DNA of 6,393 bases from a virus. Each line of letters begins with the position of its first letter. Position 1 is the stretch's first letter. Location of the stretch: IMG/VR virus record IMGVR_UViG_3300029445_000308, positions 1-6,393 of that record; one strand, given 5' to 3'. Of the stretch, positions 1-6,124 are shown in pieces. The translations under genes were made by a program, and so were the position numbers. The notes under the pieces were generated by a model. That model saw nothing but the letters and a program-made list of their open reading frames with translations, made no database searches and had not been told where the DNA came from.

Positions 1-123
1 ACTAGCCCTTGTGGTATGGAATGGTTACCCCTCAACCATTGTCATCTTTGATGACCGACTTCAAAGGTACTATCCTTATATGTCGCCAATTTCAGCAAAA
101 AAGAGTAATATTTTTGCGTGATG
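1..123. repeat. Terminal redundancy of the window: bases 1-123 are identical to 6271-6393. The replicon is circular with a 6270-nt unit and has been read 123 nt past the junction
   Basis: Direct comparison shows actagcccttgtggtatgga...tttttgcgtgatg at both ends of the window. Confidence 0.9.
20..55. repeat. Two adjacent short hairpins: aatggtt-acccctc-aaccatt (20-40) and gtcatc-ttt-gatgac (41-55)
   Basis: Perfect 7-bp and 6-bp inverted repeats seen directly. They belong to the hairpin-dense non-coding block that spans the circular junction. Confidence 0.4.
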
Positions 124-146
124 TGCGAAAAAATTTTTCGCTTTTT
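95..146 (+). terminator. Two A/T-rich palindromic hairpins: gcaaaaa-N9-tttttgc (95-117) and gcgaaaaa-a-tttttcgc followed by a T-run (125-146). The second resembles an intrinsic terminator
   Basis: Inverted repeats seen directly, and the second stem is followed by ctttttg. The GC content of the stems is low, so terminator strength is uncertain. Confidence 0.3.
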
Positions 147-170
147 GTTAACACTAATTAATACAAAAAA

Positions 171-223
171 CTTGCCTTTATCAAAAAATATAGATTACTT
201 TTGTAATATAAAAAAAGAGGAGG
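171..223 (+). promoter_or_regulatory. Candidate Bacteroidota-type promoter (-33-like cTTG at 171-174, -7 TActTTTG at 196-203) followed by a strong Shine-Dalgarno AGAGGAGG (216-223) 5 nt upstream of the ATG at 229
   Basis: The -7 element matches the TAnnTTTG consensus described for Bacteroides sigma-A promoters, with about 21 nt spacing to a TTG-like -33 element. AGGAGG with a 5-nt spacer is an ideal SD. No other gene start in this window has an SD. Confidence 0.3.
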
Positions 224-228
224 TATAT

Positions 229-429
229 ATGAAAAGAAAAAGCTATGCACGTGACCACATCACACTCCGTTTGACTTTTGAGGAGGTTTCTGTCTTGTCC
301 GTTCAGATTTTGTCTCAAATTTCAGAGGACCGATGTACTTTGGAGCAATCTCTAACTCCTGTTTTACGTCGGATTGTTGAACATCGAGCAGAAGTCTTGC
401 AAAGATTGTATGATATCATCAAGTCTTAG
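229..429 (+). CDS. Small hypothetical protein (67 aa; the alternative GTG/ATG start at 118/121 gives 103 aa). Possible ribbon-helix-helix or MobC-like DNA-binding protein
   Basis: ORF with a perfect SD and a TAG stop at 427-429. The N-terminus is basic (MKRKSYAR), then a predicted beta strand HITLRLTF, then two amphipathic helices (EEVSVLSVQILSQ and TLEQSLTPVLRRIVEHRAEVLQRLYDII). This is the beta-alpha-alpha pattern of RHH repressors. The fold assignment is inferred and has not been checked against homologs. Confidence 0.45.
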   Translation: MKRKSYARDHITLRLTFEEVSVLSVQILSQISEDRCTLEQSLTPVLRRIVEHRAEVLQRLYDIIKS

Positions 430-441
430 CAATTTTCAGAG

Positions 442-475
442 TATAGGACGGCACTACCGAGTGTGCCGTTCTATA
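442..475. repeat. Strong GC-rich hairpin: 13-bp stem (tataggacggcac / gtgccgttctata, one G.T) with an 8-nt loop, immediately after the stop of ORF 229-429
   Basis: Inverted repeat seen directly. No T-run follows, so it is not a canonical intrinsic terminator. Confidence 0.5.
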
Positions 476-558
476 CGCCACGACACAAGACGCGGACCAA
501 AGGGACGCCCTGCATCAACATCAAAAACGTGACTTTTTTTGAATAGAAAAAAGGACAC

Positions 559-582
559 AAAAATCGGTCAATCCCGATTTTT
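559..582 (+). terminator. Hairpin aaaaatcgg-tcaatc-ccgattttt, with the A-run and T-run forming the stem flanks. Resembles a bidirectional terminator
   Basis: Perfect 9-bp inverted repeat with a 6-nt loop, seen directly. Confidence 0.3.
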
Positions 583-585
583 CCG

Positions 586-622
586 CTGCACCTTGTGTGC
601 AGATAGGGCGATACTTCGCCCT
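586..622. repeat. Two tandem 6-bp GC hairpins (ctgcac-cttgt-gtgcag at 586-602 and agggcg-atactt-cgccct at 605-622) about 35 nt upstream of the Rep start. The motif CGCCCTGCA(A)TC occurs twice (506-516 and 617-628)
   Basis: Inverted and direct repeats seen directly. A role as Rep-binding iterons or promoter-region structure is inferred. Confidence 0.4.
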
Positions 623-656
623 GCAATCTAACATTTCATCCTAATATTTCAAGTGT

Positions 657-2009
657 ATGTGTACAAACCCTTTGACTATCAAAAATAATCGTTTAGATTA
701 CCGTGCCGACTTGCATGCACGTCTACTCACTGTGCCCTGTGGTTGTTGCGCCGAATGTATAGATATCAAACGTAATGAGATACAAATTAGAGCTATGTAT
801 GAGGCACGCCGTGAGTGCTGGACACATCATGTCATGTTGCTTTTTACGTATGACGATTCACATGTTCCGTATTTGTATTATCATCATGACCACATCATGT
901 GCCATGATATGAAACATATTTCTCTCATGATTGATATATTGCGTAGACTCTACGGAAAGGAACACTTTTGGTATATGATTGGTGCTGAGTATGGTATAGA
1001 TTTGTTATATACACAACGCCCTCATTATCATGGTCTTTTTGGTCTTGATGATACTATTGATTATCGTGAATTTTGTGAAACTTGTCGTAAAATTTGGACT
1101 GGTCAAAATTATTGTCGAGATGAAAAACAGGACTTTCGTACGCCCTTCGGTAACCTTGGCTTCATGTTCCCTGCACCAGACGAACCGTCTACAAAGTTTC
1201 TCTGTCGTGACGAGCAGAAAAGCGCTGCCTATTGTGCAAAATATTGTTGTAAACAGCTTGGTTTTATCGAAAAGAATTTGGTAAAACAGCTTAAAAAATA
1301 TGACGTTCCAAAGTGTGATTATCGTGACTCAATTCCTCGTATGATTGCCACTCGAGGTTTCGGTATAGATGCCATTCTTTCTGATTCTCATACAAATATT
1401 GTGGATTGTACTTGTTATAATTATCTATGGCAGAAGACAGTATCTTTGCCTACTGCTTGTGTTGAACGTATTCGGTATCATCGTAAAGCTTATAAACGTG
1501 TACCCCTTCGTGATAATAATGGAGTACAACGTAAGACAAAAAAAGGTGTCCCAATGACACGTTTGGTATATGACCGTCTCAAGACTAATCTCGGTGAGAA
1601 ACAGCAGATGGTAATGCTTGACTCTGCTATTAAACATCGCTATGAACTTTACAAAGCTTTAAAATGTGATGATAAGACAGCATATCGGCTTTCTATATAT
1701 CACTATGTTTATAAACATCTTCCGGCAACCATAATACCTTCATTTGGTATTAATGATAGTAATGTCTACACACCCGACATGTACCGTAAGGTATATTACA
1801 AGACACGTGTCGAGCAATTCCTTCATTCTAAGCCTAATCGTAGCTGTGATGTGCAATATTTCACAATGGATTTATGGCTCGGTATAGATTTCACACTATA
1901 TGATTCTCTCAATGAGAAATTGACTAAAGAAAAGTTAAACACGCTCGAGAAACGTTTAAATAATATGAATAATTCTGATAAATATCGTCAATTTCAGAAC
2001 CCGCATTGA
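657..2009 (+). CDS. Rolling-circle replication initiator protein (Microviridae VP4 / gene A-like, HUH endonuclease superfamily), 450 aa
   Basis: Motif 1 is LLFTYDD (nt 837-857). Motif 2 is the HUH sequence HYHGLFG (nt 1023-1043). Motif 3 is YCAKYCCK (nt 1230-1253), a two-tyrosine uYuxKYuxK motif like YVAKYVNK in the phiX174 A protein. The N-terminal Cys cluster PCGCCAEC resembles the CxxC region of gokushovirus VP4. The start codon has no SD. Confidence 0.9.
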   Translation: MCTNPLTIKNNRLDYRADLHARLLTVPCGCCAECIDIKRNEIQIRAMYEARRECWTHHVMLLFTYDDSHVPYLYYHHDHIMCHDMKHISLMIDILRRLYGKEHFWYMIGAEYGIDLLYTQRPHYHGLFGLDDTIDYREFCETCRKIWTGQNYCRDEKQDFRTPFGNLGFMFPAPDEPSTKFLCRDEQKSAAYCAKYCCKQLGFIEKNLVKQLKKYDVPKCDYRDSIPRMIATRGFGIDAILSDSHTNIVDCTCYNYLWQKTVSLPTACVERIRYHRKAYKRVPLRDNNGVQRKTKKGVPMTRLVYDRLKTNLGEKQQMVMLDSAIKHRYELYKALKCDDKTAYRLSIYHYVYKHLPATIIPSFGINDSNVYTPDMYRKVYYKTRVEQFLHSKPNRSCDVQYFTMDLWLGIDFTLYDSLNEKLTKEKLNTLEKRLNNMNNSDKYRQFQNPH

Positions 2010-2029
2010 TATTTTATATATATTTGCGG
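2001..2029 (+). other. Candidate (+)-strand rolling-circle origin: a 5-bp stem ccgca/tgcgg around a 19-nt AT-rich loop TTGATATTTTATATATATT, overlapping the Rep stop codon
   Basis: The loop begins with TTGATATT, which matches the phiX174 origin core CAACTTG/ATATTAATAAC, where gene A protein nicks between G and A. The stem-loop context is typical of HUH Rep origins. A similar TTGATATATT also occurs inside rep at 931-940. Confidence 0.35.
2019..2026 (+). promoter_or_regulatory. Candidate Bacteroidota -7 promoter element TAtaTTTG about 20 nt upstream of the start of the lipoprotein ORF
   Basis: Matches the TAnnTTTG consensus. No clean TTTG -33 element is present (TTTc at 1992-1995). Confidence 0.25.
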
Positions 2030-2047
2030 TATTATTAATTAATCTCT

Positions 2048-2236
2048 ATGCTTATGAATATTAAAACAAAATGGATTTTAGGTCTAATTGCCTTTCATTT
2101 ATTAATTTCTACTTACATTCTTTCGTCCTGCTCCGCTGCACAATCCTTCATGGATTCTAAAGGACACACTACTATTGTCACCACAGACACGACTCATGTG
2201 CAACATGGTGGTATTGTTTCAATCAAAATCAAGTGA
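2048..2236 (+). CDS. Small predicted lipoprotein (62 aa, alternative start at 2054). It has a signal peptide with a lipobox (ILSSC), and the mature part is about 34 aa
   Basis: N-region MLMNIKTK, hydrophobic core WILGLIAFHLLISTYIL, lipobox L-S-S-C. The ORF sits in its own slot between rep and the next gene with no out-of-frame overlap. Its TGA stop (2234-2236) lies 1 nt before the next ATG (2238), which suggests translational coupling. Confidence 0.55.
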   Translation: MLMNIKTKWILGLIAFHLLISTYILSSCSAAQSFMDSKGHTTIVTTDTTHVQHGGIVSIKIK

Positions 2237-2237
2237 T

Positions 2238-2525
2238 ATGCACTTACAACGTGTTTTTACTTTGGCTCATGACCAAACTTCTTCAAAAAAGATTGTGGAG
2301 AAAGAAAAACGCAATGTCAACAATTTATGTGTCGTTGTTGATGTCGACCCTTGTGAATTGACACCTATTATGGACCGTTCTTTATGGAGTGTTGAAGTAA
2401 TGATGAAGAACCCTTCAATGGCTGTACCTCTGAATCCTTCGGTTCTTGATTCTCCTGACTTTGTAAAAGTAGATGCTATTGAAAAAATCTTAAAAGCTCA
2501 AGAAAATGAAAGTACAAGTAAATAA
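2238..2525 (+). CDS. Hypothetical protein, 95 aa, mildly acidic. Possibly an internal scaffolding or other assembly protein. A TTG start at 2175 would give 116 aa but would overlap the lipoprotein ORF
   Basis: It is ORF-coupled to the upstream gene (TGAtATG) and overlaps the VP1 start by 20 nt. It lies between rep and the major capsid gene, where phiX174 carries its scaffold and J genes. I recognise no motif, so the function is inferred from position only. Confidence 0.5.
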   Translation: MHLQRVFTLAHDQTSSKKIVEKEKRNVNNLCVVVDVDPCELTPIMDRSLWSVEVMMKNPSMAVPLNPSVLDSPDFVKVDAIEKILKAQENESTSK

Positions 2526-4758
2526 ATCTAATTCTCGCAGTTACGCACACAATTATCGTATCACTAATTCAACTACATGTGATTTTGGTTTCGTTCAACC
2601 GCTTTTCATGCGCCAACTGTTCAACTCTTCTACTAAAGGTAAGGTATCTATAAAAGGTACCCTTGGCCAGTTCATGCGTCTTGCTCCGATGCCTTTTCCA
2701 ACTTTTGGTGAGGTCAAGTTGGATACATTGGCTGTTGGCGTGCCCATTGAGCAGGTTTTTCCTGCTTGGGCTTCATTTATGTCTGGTAAGGATTATCAGT
2801 ACGGTTCTGAAGCTGCATATTATCCAACGTATTTACCTTCGACTACTAATGCAGTACTAACTCTAGAGTTGTACAATTTATTTGGAATTCAGAAATTTTA
2901 TGTCAATGATAATGACTCTCAGCCTCGCAGTGCTCCCTCTGCCTTGTCTTCATCCTCAAGTCTTGATGATGATGTTCTTTTAGAACTTTCAAATGTATCT
3001 CTTTTGCCTTTTGACGTTCTCGAATCTGAATGTCGTAAGGTATATGATACCAATGACCATACATTACCGTCCACTTACGTAGTTTTTAAATATAAGGATG
3101 GTGATATTTCTATTTCTATCCCTACATTGACAATCTTCTTTGATTATTTCGATGGAAAGATTTCAAAGTCCTATGTCATGCAGTTGCTAGGTTATACTGA
3201 GACTACCTCTAAGGTAGCTTCTCTTGCTCAGTCTGAATCACAGCTTAATGAAGCTTTGTCTTATCTTAATTCAGCTGATTATGTTCATTTTAGTGTAGGT
3301 GGTTTTACTACTTATAAATTATCCGATAAAGGTCGTGCTTTGCGCAAGGTTTTAGTCGGTCTTGGGTATAATCTCTCTATGGATGATACTACGTCTGTTT
3401 CTATTCTTCCGCTCCTCGCTTGTTATAAGGCCTATTTTGATAATTTTTACCCTAATCGTGGTATTGATTGGCAGGCTACAGTATGTGTATCTTTAATTAA
3501 TGTCATTCAGCGTAAAAACATCTTCGATGTGTACTCTGACCCTGTTTCTCGGCCTATTTTTGAAAGGTTCTTGACTGAGGAATTGTCCTCGATGTACAGC
3601 ACTCATGCAATGGATTTCATTTCATTGCACACAAACAATGTATCAAATGGAAATAATCCGTTTAAGGAAAATATCGGTATTCCTAATAGCTATGAAACAG
3701 CCATGTCTTGGCAGCAGGAAGCTTCATATAAACCTAATGCTTCAGGTGAAAATCTTCATAACTCTGCTGTGTCTGAAGGTTTAGCTGGAGCCCATCCTAT
3801 CATTCCGAAAGATAGAGATATCACATCATGGTCTATTCAGTTTGTTTTGGCTTTGCAAAAGTATGTCAATAAGGATTCGATTATCGGGAACCGTGTTAAA
3901 ACATGGCTTAAGTCTCATCTCAATCAAGATGTTTTCAATAGTCTGTATAATACTACCGATTTTGTGTCCCGTAATAGTATTGACGTACAAATCGGTGATA
4001 TTGACAGTAATGCATCTACCGATACAGCCGAGCTTGGCTCTTATGCTGGTAAAGGTATTGCTAAAGGAAATGGTTTGTCCTTTTTCTATGAATGCTCTAC
4101 AGCTTCGATATTTTTTATCTTTGCATATATTTCGCCAACTACTGGGTATTATCAAGGTACAGACGCCACTTTGTGTATGGTAGATAAGTGGAGTATGCCG
4201 TCTTCTGAGTTTGACGCTTTGGGATATGAATTGACACCACGTTCGGTAATGTTTACAGACAATGGCATATCATGTATTGATGCCATACCTTCAAATCAGA
4301 ACTTTAATAAAAACATGTATGTATGTTCTAATCATGACGGATTTGGATTCATGCCTCGTGGTTCGGTTTGGAAGTATGCTAAAAACATAGTAAATGGTGA
4401 TATGTCCCTTCGCTCTAAGCGTAATACATATAAATCCTTTTATCTTGACCGTGAGTTGATTTTGCGGTATGCCGTCATAGAAAATAAACTAGGTTCTACG
4501 GATAAAACGATTCATGTAAAATTGAATCGATGTCCTCTGGCTTCTTCTGCCTGGCAATACATTAGTCGGTACGACTACCTGAGCAATTACAACCGCATAT
4601 TTTATAATAGCGGTAATGAGAATTTGCAGATAAACTATATCGACGATAATTTCATTCTTCATAATGTAATAGACTTCACTGAAGTCAATAGCCTAAAACC
4701 GCTCTCAATTTCGTATGATGTTGAAGACGGTGCCCCAATGGATATTGAAAAAGCTTAG
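2506..4758 (+). CDS. Major capsid protein (Microviridae VP1 / F-like), 750 aa
   Basis: Largest ORF, lying between the rep/small-gene module and the pilot-protein gene. The N-terminal region (SNSRSYAHNYRI...FGFVQPLFMRQLF...GTLGQFMRLAPMPFPTFGEVKLD) has the basic-then-beta-rich character of microvirus VP1 N-termini. A length of about 750 aa is typical of Alpavirinae-like capsids, against about 550 aa in gokushoviruses. TAG stop at 4756-4758. Confidence 0.8.
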   Translation: MKVQVNKSNSRSYAHNYRITNSTTCDFGFVQPLFMRQLFNSSTKGKVSIKGTLGQFMRLAPMPFPTFGEVKLDTLAVGVPIEQVFPAWASFMSGKDYQYGSEAAYYPTYLPSTTNAVLTLELYNLFGIQKFYVNDNDSQPRSAPSALSSSSSLDDDVLLELSNVSLLPFDVLESECRKVYDTNDHTLPSTYVVFKYKDGDISISIPTLTIFFDYFDGKISKSYVMQLLGYTETTSKVASLAQSESQLNEALSYLNSADYVHFSVGGFTTYKLSDKGRALRKVLVGLGYNLSMDDTTSVSILPLLACYKAYFDNFYPNRGIDWQATVCVSLINVIQRKNIFDVYSDPVSRPIFERFLTEELSSMYSTHAMDFISLHTNNVSNGNNPFKENIGIPNSYETAMSWQQEASYKPNASGENLHNSAVSEGLAGAHPIIPKDRDITSWSIQFVLALQKYVNKDSIIGNRVKTWLKSHLNQDVFNSLYNTTDFVSRNSIDVQIGDIDSNASTDTAELGSYAGKGIAKGNGLSFFYECSTASIFFIFAYISPTTGYYQGTDATLCMVDKWSMPSSEFDALGYELTPRSVMFTDNGISCIDAIPSNQNFNKNMYVCSNHDGFGFMPRGSVWKYAKNIVNGDMSLRSKRNTYKSFYLDRELILRYAVIENKLGSTDKTIHVKLNRCPLASSAWQYISRYDYLSNYNRIFYNSGNENLQINYIDDNFILHNVIDFTEVNSLKPLSISYDVEDGAPMDIEKA

Positions 4759-4770
4759 TATATCACAAGA

Positions 4771-4807
4771 GTAGGTACATTTGTTTGTGCCTACCCTTGT
4801 TTTTTTT
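4771..4807 (+). terminator. Rho-independent-type terminator after VP1: gtaggtaca-tttgtt-tgtgcctac (9-bp stem, one G.T) followed by cc and then a TTGTTTTTTTT run
   Basis: Inverted repeat plus a T-run seen directly, 13 nt after the VP1 stop. Confidence 0.6.
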
Positions 4808-4828
4808 AACAACTAAAAAAATACATAT

Positions 4829-5956
4829 ATGGGATTTTTTGATAAATTCGGTGGCGCCATTATAAATGGATTTGGTGCTCTTGCAGGTACTGCCACTTCA
4901 GCAATAAATTCTGCTGCTAATCGTAGATTTATGCAGCAGCAGCAAAAAAGAGAGTTTGAACAACAAAATGCAATGTATGATAAACAGCGTAAGGACGCTT
5001 TGTCGGATTACGCCACCCAGCGTCAAGACTATGTAAATGATTTGTTGATGTCGCGCTCTCGTGACGTTCAAGCATTACAAAATGCTGGACTTTCTACCGC
5101 TTTAGCTGGTGAGCAGTCCGTTGGCGGAAATGCTTTAGGCTCCGCCGTACAACAATCTTCTTTTGCTTCTCCAAATAGTGTCGCTTCTTCGCAGCCTTAT
5201 GACATTCAGGCTCCAAACATGATGTTTACTGCACAACTCGCTAATCTTATTGCAGATACTAATAAAAAGGATGCCGAAGCTAATAAGACAAAGACTGAAG
5301 CCGAACGAGCACAAGCCGAGTTCGTGAATTGGCGTGATGTTCAGAAGGATGTCATTAATGACACAATGAAAGCAGCTCTCACTAAGATAAATTCGGAAAA
5401 GAATTCAGCCTGGTTTAAAGCTGCACAAGATGCCAATCAGTATTCATTTGATATGCAAGAAGTTGATGAAATGGACGAAAATGGAAAGCCAACAGGTAAG
5501 AAGATTTTCCGCTATGAGCAAAATTTGCGTAATTCTATGAAGCAGTTGCAATTGCAAGTCGATACAATGACCTTCAATTATAATAAGGCTAAGGATTTCA
5601 AGCCTTGGGAGTTGAAGCAATTGCAGGAGACTATCAATCAGATTACAGCTAATGTAGCCTTACTTAAAGATAAGGACGAGCAACAGAAGATTTTAAATAT
5701 GTTCAATCGTGCAGGAATTGGCATTGGTCATGGTTTGATTGATTCTCTTGCCGCCTTGCTCTATTCTGATAAAGGTAATGAACTTGCTACACGTGCGGTA
5801 TCTACTTTGACGGATTTTGTAAAAGGTATTTTTACAAGTATGTTCAAGCTTGTAAAAGGAGAAGGTGTTTCTTCTGGTCCTTTTGGTGGAGAAGTTTCTG
5901 GCACACCAACACACTTGGTTGACCCTAGAGCACACGGTGCCACCTCTTCATGGTAA
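4829..5956 (+). CDS. Minor capsid / DNA pilot protein (Microviridae VP2 / H-like), 375 aa
   Basis: Gly/Ala-rich N-terminus (MGFFDKFGGAIINGFGALAGTATSAINSAA), then a poly-Q stretch (QQQQKREFEQQ) and long Q/A/K/E-rich segments predicted to be helical or coiled-coil, then a Gly-rich C-terminus (GEGVSSGPFGGEVSGT). It lies immediately downstream of VP1, as in Microviridae. The start context is A-rich with no SD. Confidence 0.7.
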   Translation: MGFFDKFGGAIINGFGALAGTATSAINSAANRRFMQQQQKREFEQQNAMYDKQRKDALSDYATQRQDYVNDLLMSRSRDVQALQNAGLSTALAGEQSVGGNALGSAVQQSSFASPNSVASSQPYDIQAPNMMFTAQLANLIADTNKKDAEANKTKTEAERAQAEFVNWRDVQKDVINDTMKAALTKINSEKNSAWFKAAQDANQYSFDMQEVDEMDENGKPTGKKIFRYEQNLRNSMKQLQLQVDTMTFNYNKAKDFKPWELKQLQETINQITANVALLKDKDEQQKILNMFNRAGIGIGHGLIDSLAALLYSDKGNELATRAVSTLTDFVKGIFTSMFKLVKGEGVSSGPFGGEVSGTPTHLVDPRAHGATSSW

Positions 5957-5957
5957 T

Positions 5958-5999
5958 ATGTGCGCGCGTGCGTGCGTTTTCGCGTGCGTGCGTGCGCAT
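5958..5999. repeat. Alternating purine/pyrimidine tract atgtgcgcgcgtgcgtgcg-TTTT-cgcgtgcgtgcgtgcgcat: two 19-nt perfect Pu/Py alternating blocks (GC/GT dinucleotides) separated by TTTT. Classic Z-DNA-forming sequence
   Basis: Seen directly. Every position in 5958-5976 and in 5981-5999 alternates R/Y. It sits 2 nt after the VP2 stop in an otherwise AT-rich genome. Confidence 0.8.
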
Positions 6000-6027
6000 T
6001 TTTATCTTACAGGTAAAAGCGTAGCGT

Positions 6028-6055
6028 TTCTTTTTTCTTCGAAGAAAAAAAAGAA
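6028..6055. repeat. A/T-rich near-perfect palindrome tttcttttttcttc|gaagaaaaaaaagaaa centred on TTCGAA (10 bp perfect, extendable with a 2-nt bulge)
   Basis: Seen directly. 6031-6040 is the exact reverse complement of 6041-6050. Confidence 0.7.
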
Positions 6056-6124
6056 TTTACCATACGTTTTATATCCACGAACACATCGAACCATAGCAAA
6101 TGAAAAGAAAATCAGTGAAACGGT

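Noticed and set aside
20-60. Possible tRNA or hammerhead-like element (7-nt loop hairpin at 20-40; TGATGA at 49-54)
   Set aside because: The loop acccctc lacks the U33 anticodon-loop signature and there is no cloverleaf. The hammerhead core needs CUGAUGA plus GAAA, but only uUGAUGA is present, without the partner helices
118-228. Longer GTG/ATG start (118/121) for the small ORF, giving 103 aa
   Set aside because: The extension would place the predicted promoter and a perfect SD inside the coding region and would run across two palindromic hairpins. An ATG at 229 with AGGAGG and a 5-nt spacer is far more plausible
1369-1637. Alternate-frame ORFs inside rep (1369-1557 on +, 1425-1637 on -)
   Set aside because: Hydrophobic, low-complexity products are expected from the frame-shifted reading of T-rich codon third positions. 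They overlap a well-supported gene
2175-2237. TTG start at 2175 (or ATG at 2196/2205) for the gene before VP1
   Set aside because: It would overlap the lipoprotein ORF out of frame. The ATG at 2238 sits 1 nt after the upstream stop (TGAtATG), a classic coupled arrangement
2663-4183. Alternate-frame ORFs inside VP1 (2663-2860 on +, 3826-4155 on -, 3842-4183 on +)
   Set aside because: Embedded in the capsid gene, Leu/Ile/Cys-rich low-complexity translations. All other genes are on the + strand. Most likely artefacts of an AT-rich sequence
5991-6021. Full dif site (XerC arm, 6-bp spacer, XerD arm)
   Set aside because: Only the XerC-arm-like GTGCGCAT is convincing. The putative spacer and XerD arm match the E. 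coli dif poorly (about 6 of 11). It is kept only as a low-confidence remark inside the Z-tract finding
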